Part shown: positions 35,026 to 46,271 of the stretch, piece after piece
Numbering within the stretch: the stretch's first letter is position 1
Layout of the letters: each line of letters opens with the position of its first letter
Assembly: GCA_965112155.1 (NCBI GenBank)
Contig: OZ218106.1
Strand: one strand, 5' to 3'
DNA: 64,000 nt
Source: Podarcis liolepis
Taxonomy: Eukaryota
Notes under the pieces: model-generated
Database searches by the model: none
The model's input: only the letters and a program-made list of their open reading frames with translations
Told to the model about the DNA's origin: nothing
Program-made: the position numbers and the translations under genes

Positions 35026-36972
35026 AATAAAATCCTACATGCAATTTCCTGAGAATAAACCCTATTGAACTCAATGGGGCTTATTTTTAGTAGACACCTA
35101 TAGGGTTGTGCTGTTTTTCAGTTATATTTTTAGCTAGCATGTTCATTTTAAAAATTTAGTATACTATACCACCTTTCATAAAACTTTATAAAGCTCTGGA
35201 CATTAAAAAATATTTAAAAAAATACATATGGCCAATTGAAACAATGAAAATAGTCAGTACAGAAAACAAACAGGAGCAAAATTAACTTATTTCAAATGCT
35301 CCTTGGAAAATAAAAGTCTTGACCTATCTTCAAAAAGACAGCTGGTTAAAAACTTTAACAACTAACAGTTTGGGTATCTTGAGCCCAACAGTAAAATGTC
35401 CCCAATAGCATTGCAAAGCACAGAGCTTCAGTCAAGTGGCTCTTCAGACGTTAAGGAGGAAATCAAGAGACCCTCCATGCATATCTTGATTTGTGTCTGA
35501 GCACAAATATTTGCTTCTGGCTTCAGAAAAACAAGGGGAATTGGTTTTCCTGTACTGTTAAATGAGCACCCATTTCTAGCAAGTGACTGATTGGAGGATA
35601 ACAAAATCCCGGTATAGAAATGATCGAGAAATGCTTTCTATATCTCTTTAAATATGCTTTTATGTTGATCTGCACAATTCATTATTCCAAGTCCTAGGAG
35701 AAAACACAGTGGAGTCAAATATTATTGATGACCGTGATGTTGGGTAGAAACAGGGAATCTCAGTGACACAGAATTCCTCCTCAAAACTTACTCAAATTGT
35801 GTGAATTTTCTTTTCTTTTCTTTTCATTTTCATTTTCCTTCTTTTAAAAAAATCCTCCTCATTATTTCCACTAGACGATTTTGCTTCTGAGCCATGGGTT
35901 TTGTCTCCTCCTCCCCCATGGATTAGTCCAGTCTTTCCCAACCTGGTGCCCTCCAAGTCCCATCAGACCATCCTACATGACCAATGGTCAAGTTGTCATC
36001 CAAAGCATCACATTTCTCTGCCACACAAAAACATACATTCAGGTACATCAATTCTCTCTCTCCTGCACATACACATAAAGCCTCTGTTATTCCTATCCCC
36101 ACTGGCATCCTCATTATCTTCTCCAAATTACTAATTATCACTTGGGTAATTAAGGTTATCTTATTTCATTAATGCCATCTATGACCTGAAGCTCCTGCCA
36201 TAAATTTTATGATGAAATTATTAGGAAGTGATTGTTGGAGAGTTCTCATCTATAGAAATGCAATGTTTTATTTTCATTGTCACGCTAGTTTTGACTGCTG
36301 TTAAAAAGGAAGAATCAAGGAAGGGATGGTGACTGGTATAAGCAACGAGATTTTGATTGGCCACTTCAACTCGTGCTTACAGATTTTCCTGCATCAGTAG
36401 TAGGAAAGGCAGTCTTTATTCTATTGCATTGTATCCCAAAATATTTGTATTGCAGTCTCAAGGCAAACAATATCTTTAGTAAAAGTGAGCACTGAACAAC
36501 AGAGCTCCTGTCTTTGGTTCTACGAATGGGGGGGGGGGTCTCTTGAGTGGATTTGGACTGGCTTCGGAACAGCTGTATTCAAAAAGCCTTCCCATGACCA
36601 AGACACAGCCCCTGCCCAAATGGAAAGGAATATCATGGAAGAAATTAGCATTTGTAAAAAGAAGGACTAAAATGGAGACATGCCGCCTCCATTGGAGGCG
36701 AGTTCATTAGCAGAAATGGAAATGGTGGGGCTCTGCCTGTCACTGGTTCTGGCTCCAGCTGTTGTTGGTCTCCCTGCCATCTACCCTACCAGTCTCACTG
36801 TTTGTTAGGTTTTTTTTAATTAAGCATCCAGCTCCAGAGAAATACAGGCACCAGTCGCACTGGCCATCTTCCCACACCTCCCGCTTTTTTGGCATGAGCC
36901 TGGCAGGGTTTTGGATGTGGCAGCTTCGATTCCCCCTCTCCCAGCCCATTTGAATTGCTCTGAAAGTTAATA

Positions 36973-37208
36973 CAGTCATGCTTCAGGTTGAGCGTTTTCA
37001 AGTTACGCTCCGCGGCAACCCGGAAGTAACGGAGCACGTTACGTCCGGGTTTCACTGCTCGCGCATGCGCAGACGCTCAAAATGACGTCACCCACATGCG
37101 CAGAAGCGGTAAAACGTGATCCGCGCATGCGCAGATGCGTCTTACATTCTATTCAGGATGCAAATGGGGCTCCGGAATGGATCACGTTCACATCCCGAGG
37201 TACCACTG
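36973..37208. mobile_element. Tigger-like MITE family B (CpG-rich)
   Basis: TA|CAGTCATG...CGAGGTACCACTG|TA, with internal GCGCATGCGC repeats. Confidence 0.8.
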
Positions 37209-37231
37209 TATTTAAACAAAGTGGCCAAGTA

Positions 37232-37462
37232 CAGTGGTACCTTGGTTCTCAAACTTAATCCATTCCGGAAGTCCGGTTGACTCCTGAAACCGTTCAAAAA
37301 TGAAGGCATGGCTTCTGATTGGCTGTAGGAGCTTCCTGCACTCAAGCGGTAGATGTTCAGCTTCCGAAAAATGTTCAAAAACCAGAACTTACTTCTGGTT
37401 TTTTGGCGTTCAGGAGCCAATTTGTTCAACAACTAAGCCATTTGAGAACCAATTTACCACTG
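37232..37462. mobile_element. Tigger-like MITE family C
   Basis: TA|CAGTGGTACCTTGGTTCTCAAA...TTTGAGAACCAATTTACCACTG|TA. Confidence 0.82.
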
Positions 37463-37929
37463 TATAAGGATGTGATCTAGGAATGTCAGAGGATTCTAAC
37501 AAAAGCAGAACATGTGGTGGAATGGAAACAGTGCCAAGTGCAACACCTGCAGATTGGAAAATGATGCCTTCTTATATCCCTAGAGTATTCCAGCCAAAAC
37601 AATTCCAGTTCAATAGGAGTCATTATCTGTGCATAACTTTCCTAAAACCAATAGGACTTTAAAGTGCTCAGGTAGCTAGAGTGTGTTCTTCATCATCCCT
37701 AAAATCCCAAGAAAATCCCACCGCATTCATTCTGTTACCATTCTGTTTGACTTCACCCCCGGAGGCATACTCCATTGTCTCTTGACGCAGAGAGATGCCA
37801 ACCAAACAAAACGCGTCTGCAAAGGAAAGAGCACACAAATATGAAGAAACAAAAAAGATGAAGCCAATGAGAAGTAGTCTAAAACCTCATTAAGGAAGTT
37901 TAAACTGACAAGGAACAGAGGATTGTTCT

Positions 37930-38085
37930 GGAAGTGAACAGAAGCAATAAAAGATTATTTAAATACACAAATGGAAGAGATCAATGAGTGAAGCAAGTAG
38001 ACCATGAAGAGATGGTGATGGGAATTGAAATGACGGAACAAGACACAGGAGAAAAATTAAATTAGTTCTTGTCTTCAGTATTAAA
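37930..38085 (+). mobile_element. Ancient CR1 ORF2 fragment
   Basis: Degraded similarity to the CR1 'FKYIN...VGPL...EKAE.LN.FF.SV' region. Confidence 0.4.
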
Positions 38086-39278
38086 CACGTAAAATTAAAA
38101 CTGAAATACAAGGAATGGAACTCCATTTTCTAAGAGGGGTGAAAGAGTAGCAATAATTTCATAGCAATAAAAACTTCTTGCTTCCCACAATCATAGAAGA
38201 TAGACGATCCTCCTGAGCAAAGGAGCTGCGGCCTAAATTGTTGTCCTGTCAGGAAGGATAATAGCTCCAAAAATAAAGATTCAACAAATATTCCTGTGAA
38301 GAGGACAGGAATTAGAAAGATATAGGCCATAATAACAAGCTCTGGGAAAAGATTTGGTGCTGAGAAAGAAAAAAATCTTGTCAGGGAAGAATTGCAGCAA
38401 AGACGTGCCAAGAAGATACCAATGCCAAGATTACACCTAACTGAATCACAAGTCTGGTATTTCCTGGGAGATAGATCCCAGAAAAATGGAACTGGGGGAT
38501 GAGTGTTCAGTTCCATGGCCATTGGGTTATAGCAGGAGTGAGAAACCAGTGACATTCCAGACATTACTAGACTAAAACCCTAATCATTCCTTAAAAATTG
38601 ACCATGCTGGTAGCAGCTGATCTTGGTTCCAGCACCCAGATGCTTGTGGTTCTATCTGGAGGGCCATGAAACTTCCAGCTCTGGCTTTCAGAGTGCAACA
38701 GGGTCTGATTTTGTCCTCCATGATGTTTAAACATATACATGAAACTGTGTCAACTCATCTGGAGCTTTGAGGTACAACACCAAGGTGTTAGGGATGGTAC
38801 AACATTAAGAGAAGTTGCAACAGCAAGCTTTTGGGGATGGTAACAGAATCTGCTCCAACTGGATTCCACCTGAGATTTTGCTGTTCCATGCTTCTGGAAT
38901 GTTTTCCAGAAGGGAACTTGGCAGAGTAGGATCAAGATAAATTTGAGAGGACTGGGTTTTTTTTAAAAAAAAAATCCCAGGAGAAAACTGAACTAGTCAC
39001 ATTTTGAATGAACAGGTCCCTCCACTCTAATTCAGCAGTTCAATCCCCCCCCCCATTATTTTTCCTATCTACCTAATTTGTAGAATTGTGCAATGAAGGA
39101 ATTCCATCACTGCAATATTGCAGTTTTCCAATTAATATATTGTTTTAAAAAGCAAGGATAAAAGGAACCATTCCTCTAGGATTCTTTCTGTTGAAGGTTT
39201 TATTAATTGTCTGAGTTTAGATAAATGGCAGCTGTGCATCTTTACTCTAGAACCAGAATTTCTGGCCACTGAAACTGG

Positions 39279-39594
39279 GGCCACATCTGCACTATATATG
39301 TCAAGCACTATTGTACCACTTTAACAGCCATGCCTTTTCTGAAAGAAACCTGGAAACAGCAGTTGTTTAATGGGTGCTGAGAGTTATTAGGAAGCTCCCA
39401 TTCCCCTCTCAAAACGACAATTCCAAGAGTGGTTAAACAGTCTCTCTTCCCATGGAAACTGGGGAATGTAGCTCTGTGAGGGAAATAGGTGTCTTCTAAA
39501 AAATATCAGCAACTTTAACAAACCACAGTTCCAGGATGTTTTGAGGTAAGTCATGTCTGTTAAACTGCCTTCAGTGTGTAGTGTAGATGTCATC
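39279..39594. mobile_element. Old MITE with GGCCACATCTRCACTA-type TIR (Harbinger-like by inference)
   Basis: GGCCACATCTGCACTA ... TAGTGTAGATGTCATC, with internal GGGAA..GTAG / CAGTTCC blocks. Confidence 0.55.
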
Positions 39595-40117
39595 TGGGTG
39601 TCAGAATCCTGACACTATTAAGAAGCGCAGCAACTTCATTACATTCATCCATAATATTGACGACACTGAGGTCTATTTCTTGTTTTCATCTGATCCTAGA
39701 GAGGCAGTAGAAACTCTGAAAAGTCTGATAGTTGTGTGTGACTCATAGCAGTAGTAGAACATACAACTAAGCCCAGAAAGGGGGGTGTTACTTTTGGCTG
39801 GGGGTGGGGGGGGCGTTGAGTAGCTCAGATTCAGACACGTAGCCTGTCTTGATTTGGATTAAAGTGCCTTCGAAGATATCGGTTCCTAGTTTGAGAATGT
39901 TCCTTGATCTGGCACAGACACTTTAGTGGAGTGACTTTTAAAGGCATGGGGGAAGGAAGAAGGAAGTTGTCGGGCAGAAAAGAAGATGGAAAAGTTCCCT
40001 TCTGCAAGTTTCTTTCCATTTCTGAACTTCTCAGGGTCCAAGCCAGTATTTCCCATTCAAAGTCTTGCAGGGAACATCAGACAATGTTCTGACTTTCAGG
40101 CATCTTTTGAAGAGTAG

Positions 40118-40152
<35 letters not shown>
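40118..40152. repeat. (GAT)n microsatellite
   Basis: Direct reading. Confidence 0.97.
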
Positions 40153-40222
40153 CCAACAGGCCTATGCATTCATTTAAAATGTCCCTTGAATAGCCAGTCA
40201 TTTTAATGATGACTTCATATTA

Positions 40223-40464
40223 CAGTGGTACCTCGGGTTACATACAATTCAGGTTACAGACGCTTCAGGTTCCAGACTCCGCTAACTCAGAAATAGTACC
40301 TCAGGTTAAGAACTTTGCTTCAGGATGAAAACAGAAATCGTGCTCCGGAGGCACGGCAGCAGCAGGAGACCCCATTAGCGAAAGTGGTGCTTCAGGTTAA
40401 GAACAGTTTCAGGTTAAGAACGGACCTCCGGAATGAATTAAGTACTTAGCCCACGGTGCCACTG
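40223..40464 (+). mobile_element. Tigger-like MITE family A
   Basis: TA|CAGTGGTACCTC...CGGTGCCACTG|TA. Confidence 0.9.
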
Positions 40465-41630
40465 TAGTTTTAAATGTTTTTATACACCACCTTGATGTTT
40501 AGTAAGAGGGCAGCACATAAACATTTCTATTTTTAATAAAATAAAATAATGTTTCCATTCTTTTAGTTGTCTACAGAACACATGCACCATTGTCCTATAC
40601 ACACTCCCCAAAATTTCTGCTTTCACTCTCAACCATGGAACAATTGTGGCCACCCAGCCAGTGATTTTTTTAAAGTGATTTTAAAGCTATGCCTCGGTGG
40701 AGACAATAAATGAAACATAACCACAGAACCGCTCATCAGCTTTGATGTGATTACATCTCCTACCACAATATGCCTAAAGAGAAGTAATAACCCAGTTGTA
40801 ACTCCTACAGGCGCACAAGAAAGAAAGAATAAAGGGCAAAATATATGAACTCTGGAAGTATGTATATGAGATTTCCCAGCAGTGTGGAAAACAGAGACTA
40901 AAGTATTTGAAAAAGCTGTCTGACAGCGTAAAATTCAATTCATAGAAGCTTGCTCCATGGCAGGGATGAATTAACCTGCTCCTTTGGGGAGTGGTAGAAA
41001 GTGTTCGCCACGTACCATACCTCCTGAATATTTAACTGAGTTTTAAAAGCTATAGGGGGCACCATGTGTTTAGTTTATTTTCCAAATAAAAACTAAATGG
41101 GTGCCATCTGCATTTAGCAGTAGTTCATAAACTGCAAAATTAGTTCAGCTTTAATCGATACTCATTGTTCTCTTGATCACAAAAAAATAATAATAAACAC
41201 ATCAGTAGTATACTATATCATCAAAGTTACGGTGCCATGATGATACATTACAGCAGTATGTCACTAGGGAGGCAGCCCTTTGATAATGCGCTACATTAAA
41301 TATATCATCAAAGCGCCATCATTTTGATGATAAAGTGCTGTACCAGCTGGTGGGAAACATCATACAGTTACAGTTATTTTTAGGAATACTTTGAAAATGG
41401 ATTCTCTATAGGAAGGCTGTGCAAGGTAGTATGTTAACCAAAAGGTAGTTTATGAATGAGAGGAGGGGTAGGGAGAGAATGGAGTAGCTGAGGTCACATC
41501 CACAGCATATATTTAAAGCACAATGAATGCACGTTTACAATGCATGAATCCCCCAAGGAATCCTGGGAAATGTAGTTTTTCAGGGTGCTTTGAATTGAAG
41601 CTCTGTAAGGGGTAAGCTATTGGGCTGTTT

Positions 41631-41879
41631 GGAAGGTTGGCGGTTCAAATCCCCAAAACGGGGTGAGCTCCCGTTGCTCTTTCCCAGCTTCTGCCAGCCT
41701 AGCAGTTTGAAAGCACACCAGTGCAAGTAGATAAATAGGTGGCAGGAAGGTAAACGGCGGTTCCGTGCGCTCTGGTTTCCGTCACGGTGTTCCGTTGCGT
41801 CAGAAGCGGTTTAGTCATGCTGGTCTCATGACCCGAAACGCTGTCTGTGGACAAATGCAGGCTCCCTCAGCCTGAAAGC
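41631..41879 (+). mobile_element. Sauria SINE 5'/middle fragment
   Basis: GGTTCAAATCCCC...GCAAGTAGATAAATAGGT...GGCTCCCTCAGCCTGAAAGC, then an abrupt junction. Confidence 0.85.
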
Positions 41880-41964
41880 TAAAGTGGTGCTTCAGGTTAA
41901 GAACAGTTTCAGGTTAAGAACGGACCTCCAGAACTAATTAAGCACTTATCCAGAGGTACCACTG
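41877..41964 (+). mobile_element. Right part of a family A MITE
   Basis: AGCTAAAGTGGTGCTTCAGGTTAAG...GAGGTACCACTG|TA. Confidence 0.88.
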
Positions 41965-41966
41965 TA

Positions 41967-42420
41967 CACTTATACTTAAGTATACAACACCACCACACTT
42001 AAACTTATAAGTATTGTTTAGGCACCTAGTTAGAAGAAACATCAGTCGTGTCAAAGGTGCCGCTGAACTCGCTGCCGCACAGCAGCTCAATACAATATGT
42101 AACATAATATTTTTATGTAAGGATTCATTTCGCGTGCACGGCGCCATTGTGAATGACAAGCACCACCGCTGGCACGGCAGGTCTTTGGTAAATGGGTGCA
42201 CAAAGTCAAAAGTCATTTAGTCAAACAGTAGGTATACATTTCGGTAATACCTAGGGATATATGTATTTTGTTCTTCTAGCTTGATCAAAATTATTCATTA
42301 TTTCATAACAGGTACATAGTTAAGAGGTTAGGTGGCTTCAGCGGCGGGCGCCTGGCGCCCCCCAGAATTTGGTGCCCGGGTGCCCCACACCCCTTGCACC
42401 CCCAGGTAAAGATGGCCCTG
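41967..42420. mobile_element. Right arm of a hAT-like element
   Basis: Ends GGTGCCCCACACCCC...AAGATGGCCCTG, the same terminus as the hAT MITE at 28345-28627. Confidence 0.65.
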
Positions 42421-42545
42421 CCCAGAAAGCTGTCTGCAGACAAAGGCCGGCTCCCTCAGCCTGAAAGCAAGATGAGCACTGCAACCCCATAGTTGCCTTT
42501 GACTGGACTTAACCTTACAGGGGTCCTTTACCTTTTACCTTTTTT
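42421..42545 (+). mobile_element. Sauria SINE 3' fragment
   Basis: GGCTCCCTCAGCCTGAAAGCAAGATGAGC...GGGGTCCTTTACCTTTTACCTT. Confidence 0.85.
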
Positions 42546-45254
42546 TATAGTTCCCAACGCTCTTAATAAGCTACACTTTTCAGGATTTGGGGGCTGGGGG
42601 AAGCCATGGTACTGATTTAAATTGTATAATGCAGATAGGGCCAGTGTCTGCTGAGTCTGTACCTACCTGCCTTTGCCGAGCATGTGTCTGCACATGTGTG
42701 CAGGTTGCTTACGTCCCCCACATCATAAACGTATGGGGTGCATGTGTGGCACGTGTCTGCTAGTATGAGGGTCTCATTATGCAAGCCAACCTTCAGTGTG
42801 ATCCTTGGTTTTTAAAAAGCTTAGTTACCCCTGCTGTAAAAGGCTTCATCATCCTCCTTTTCCCCCCTCAGGGAATCCCAGAAACTACAGTTTTGCAGGA
42901 AGGAAGGGCTAATGTTCTTTGAGGGAGAATTCTCAGCATCCTTATCAAACGGTATTTAAGTTAAGTCATTACAATTAACAGGCATTAAACCAAGCCAAGT
43001 CTGTAGCATAGCCTACCCTCAAAGAATTGTGGGTATTTCATCTTTTAGGCCAGATGCAGCTTCTTTAAATAGCTCCTGTTGCCATGTCAAAAACTATTTG
43101 CATGCAGCAGCTCAGCAAAGTAAAACGTTTGCTAGAGCATTGGGGAAATATTCCAAACTTCTACTCCAAATGAGTCTTGCTGCTCCTTATAGCTGCAACC
43201 TGGGATTCAAACTGACCCCAGTCATGGCTCTGACTCCCTTCAGAATGAAGCCTCTTCACATCACCACTACCATTGCAATCCTAAACTCTACTTTCTCTCT
43301 CAGAGCGGGACTCCATGCATTTGCCTCTGGCCATTGTCAGGCTATTCTGGGAACTGACTACCTGCTGGATCCAGGGATTTGGGGGGTCTTGATTAAATTC
43401 TAACCCCTTTCTGGTTCCAGGATTTTAGGGGAGTCTTCCTCCCACCCACAAACTATAATGGTATCGAAAATACATTCTGATGGATGATAACTGACTGGGG
43501 CAATACAACAACCATGGGAAAGAGAAACTAAAAATCATTTGACTTTATTGACTCCCCACCATTGCTCACCTCCCGCCCCCCCTCCAGTTTTCACCTATGA
43601 TGGAATGAAGCAGAGGGGAAATGACAGAGTAAGATAAAAAACACAGATAAGCTGTCAGTGAGGGGAAATCAGTATCAAATAGTCACTTTGCCTCACTGAG
43701 TAAATCATCACTTGGTAAATATATCAATAAATAACTTCAAAGCTTCTGAAAGATTGCCTCGGTGACATTGTAAAAGGATTGGTTATAATATTGTGTCATT
43801 TCATACACCGCAAGTGGCCAGCAGATTCAGAATTATCCACTCATCTCCGTGGTGTGTGGTGTTGTTGTTTTTCCTCCCCTCACCTGGACGCTATGACTGT
43901 TTAGCACCTGGTTTAAATAGATCTGTGAATGAAAAGAACTTGTTTATTGCTCCTCTTGAAAATCCCATTTGAATAACGGTGGCTTTGCCCGCCTTCCTCC
44001 TCCTCCAAAGTTCAACAGCGTCATCCGTCAGCTTCAATTAACTTTGCAAACAATATGGCAGGACTTGAAAGATATTAAAATGGAAATTTCCAGGCACATG
44101 GTAACATGGTGGTTTCGGAGAGAGGCACCGTAATGATAGTAATCTGCTGCAATTTGGACGCTCGCGGGCCGAAACAGAAACCCCCACCAAAATCAATGGG
44201 TGGCGGGAAGAGATCAAGGTAAATTGCATTTTCATAACGCATGTGTTGTTGATGTGGTCTGGGGAAGATAATGGTCTTTGGTTTGTGCATATCTTATCAG
44301 CTCTACTGCTTTCCTATAGCACCACTACACTGAGTGACAGGAAAAATGAGATAAGACATCATGGGCAAATTGAGACTGAGCAAGTCTTTGTTCTGGGTTT
44401 AATGTGACTGGCCCACTTTAGCTGTGGTGCACCACAGCCAAAGCACAGCTAAGTTCAATGTGAGTAACCAATGCGTATTGACTGACCCATTTTCAATAAA
44501 GTTGGGGGATATGGGTTCAAGCCAGAAACAAAGAATTATAAACTCAGCAGACCTGAGGACTAAAAGTCTAATCCCTGAGAGTTTTGGGGGGTTTTCTTCA
44601 CAGTGAGATAAATCCCAGTTTGTAGATTCTGTCTCTTCAACATACACAAATGTAACCAAGAAAGCAATGCTCAGATTATGCAGGGAAGACTAGGAAAACG
44701 GAACTTAATTTAATCTGCAATCCTTACTCATTGATGCACCTCAATCTTAGTCAAGTCATGACCACCCATAGAATTCTAAAAACCCACAGAATTCTAAAAA
44801 CCATGCTGAAGGGAAGAGGGAGTTAAAAAACATATATGAGCAACCCATTGACCCACAGGCTCCGTGGGTCCACAGGCGCCCTCCTTACTTTCCAGTTAAT
44901 TCCTTTCTTCTTTGCCCAACTTTACTACAAACAGCCAAGGAGTGCACCATTCAGCATCTCAGGTGAATTTGTCTATGTTTGTAGATTGTGCGAGAAATGG
45001 GGAAACAGGAATCCCAGATTTGGCCAGACTCACCACAGCATGTGTACTGCCTATTGCATGTGCCTCTCAGGGACAAAAGAATAGAGAGTTACTGTTGAAC
45101 TGAAGACTATCTCTCATAGAATACTGTACACATCTTGAAACGACATAAATGGACCCAAACTGGCTAATCATAATCTTGAAACCAGCCCAATGATTTTGGG
45201 ACTTGTACACAGCCGCCAAACACTGAAAGATCTTGTAAACTAATCCTCATCTTA

Positions 45255-45626
45255 AAAGGTAAAAGGTACAGAACCCCTGGACAGTTAAATCCAGTCAAAG
45301 TTAAATCCAGTCAAATCCTCACTTTCAGGCTGAGAGAGCCAGTGTTTGTCCACAGAGAGTTTTACGGGTCATGTGGCCAGCATGACTAAACCACTTCTGG
45401 CACACAGAGGACCGTGACAAGTGCCAGAGCACACAGAAATGCCGTTTACTTTCCCGCCACAGTGGTACCTATTTATCTACTTGCACTGGCGTGCTTTTGA
45501 ACTGCTAGGTTGGCAGGAGCTGGGATAGAGCAATGGGAGCTCACCCTGTCACGGAGATTCGAACCGCCAACCTTCCAATCAGCAAGCCCAAGAGGCTCAG
45601 TGGTTTACACCACAGCGCCACCTACG
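45255..45626 (-). mobile_element. Sauria SINE (long form)
   Basis: Reverse complement of the 8451 family. Flanking repeat TCATCTTA; internal AGTTAAATCCAGTCAA duplication. Confidence 0.9.
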
Positions 45627-46205
45627 TCATCTTACTACTCATAAACCCGAGGGACTTCAATGGGCCTTTCCTCCTGGTTGTCAAGCTTAGTATTTCAGCA
45701 GCGCTGAGAAAAGCTCCATCTATTCTCCTGAGTTCCAGCACTACATACAGATTTCTTTCTTGTTCTATATTATTGAGAATAAGGGTGGATAATTGTTTCG
45801 ACTGGGTTGTAACCTAAATGGACCTTTTCTTTATCTCTAGTGAACCCTGGGTCAATTATTTCCCACATAATTTGTTCTGACCTATAAGCAAAATAATAGT
45901 GACTTCAGAAAAAGACAAGAGCCATAGTCAAGTGACTTTGTCCTGATGCATCTACCAGTACTTCATTTTTACTTACCAGTACTTCATTTTTACTTATGTG
46001 CTGGCACAGCAAATCTTATGATCAGCCTGTGAAGTGTTCCTAAGTGAAAATAATGTATTACCTTAAGAAACTACTTGGAGAATGAAAAACTACCTTACAT
46101 GTCTGGCTATGATTGTTTTTCAATATTATTATTTATGAACACTCTGCAGAGTTGAATGCACATTGAAGAAGGGTTGACACCAATCAACCGTGTGTAAGTG
46201 TGTGA

Positions 46206-46225
46206 ATGTGTATATATGCATGCAT

Positions 46226-46258
<33 letters not shown>

Positions 46259-46271
46259 TGTGCACACACAC
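46206..46271. repeat. Compound alternating purine-pyrimidine tract (TA/GC/CG/CA)
   Basis: Uninterrupted RY alternation including (CG)n and (CA)n; potential Z-DNA. Confidence 0.9.

Larger units (their letters stand above)
41492..42642. mobile_element. Old MITE (same type as 39279-39594) hosting nested insertions
   Basis: Host sequence GGGGTAAGCTAT (~41629) resumes as ATAGTTCCCA (~42547). Degenerate TIRs GGTCACATCC / GCAGATAGGGCC. Confidence 0.55.

Noticed and set aside
38130-38564. 144-aa minus-strand ORF
   Set aside because: It is the antisense of purine-rich, probably degraded LINE sequence plus MITE remnants, with no protein signature.
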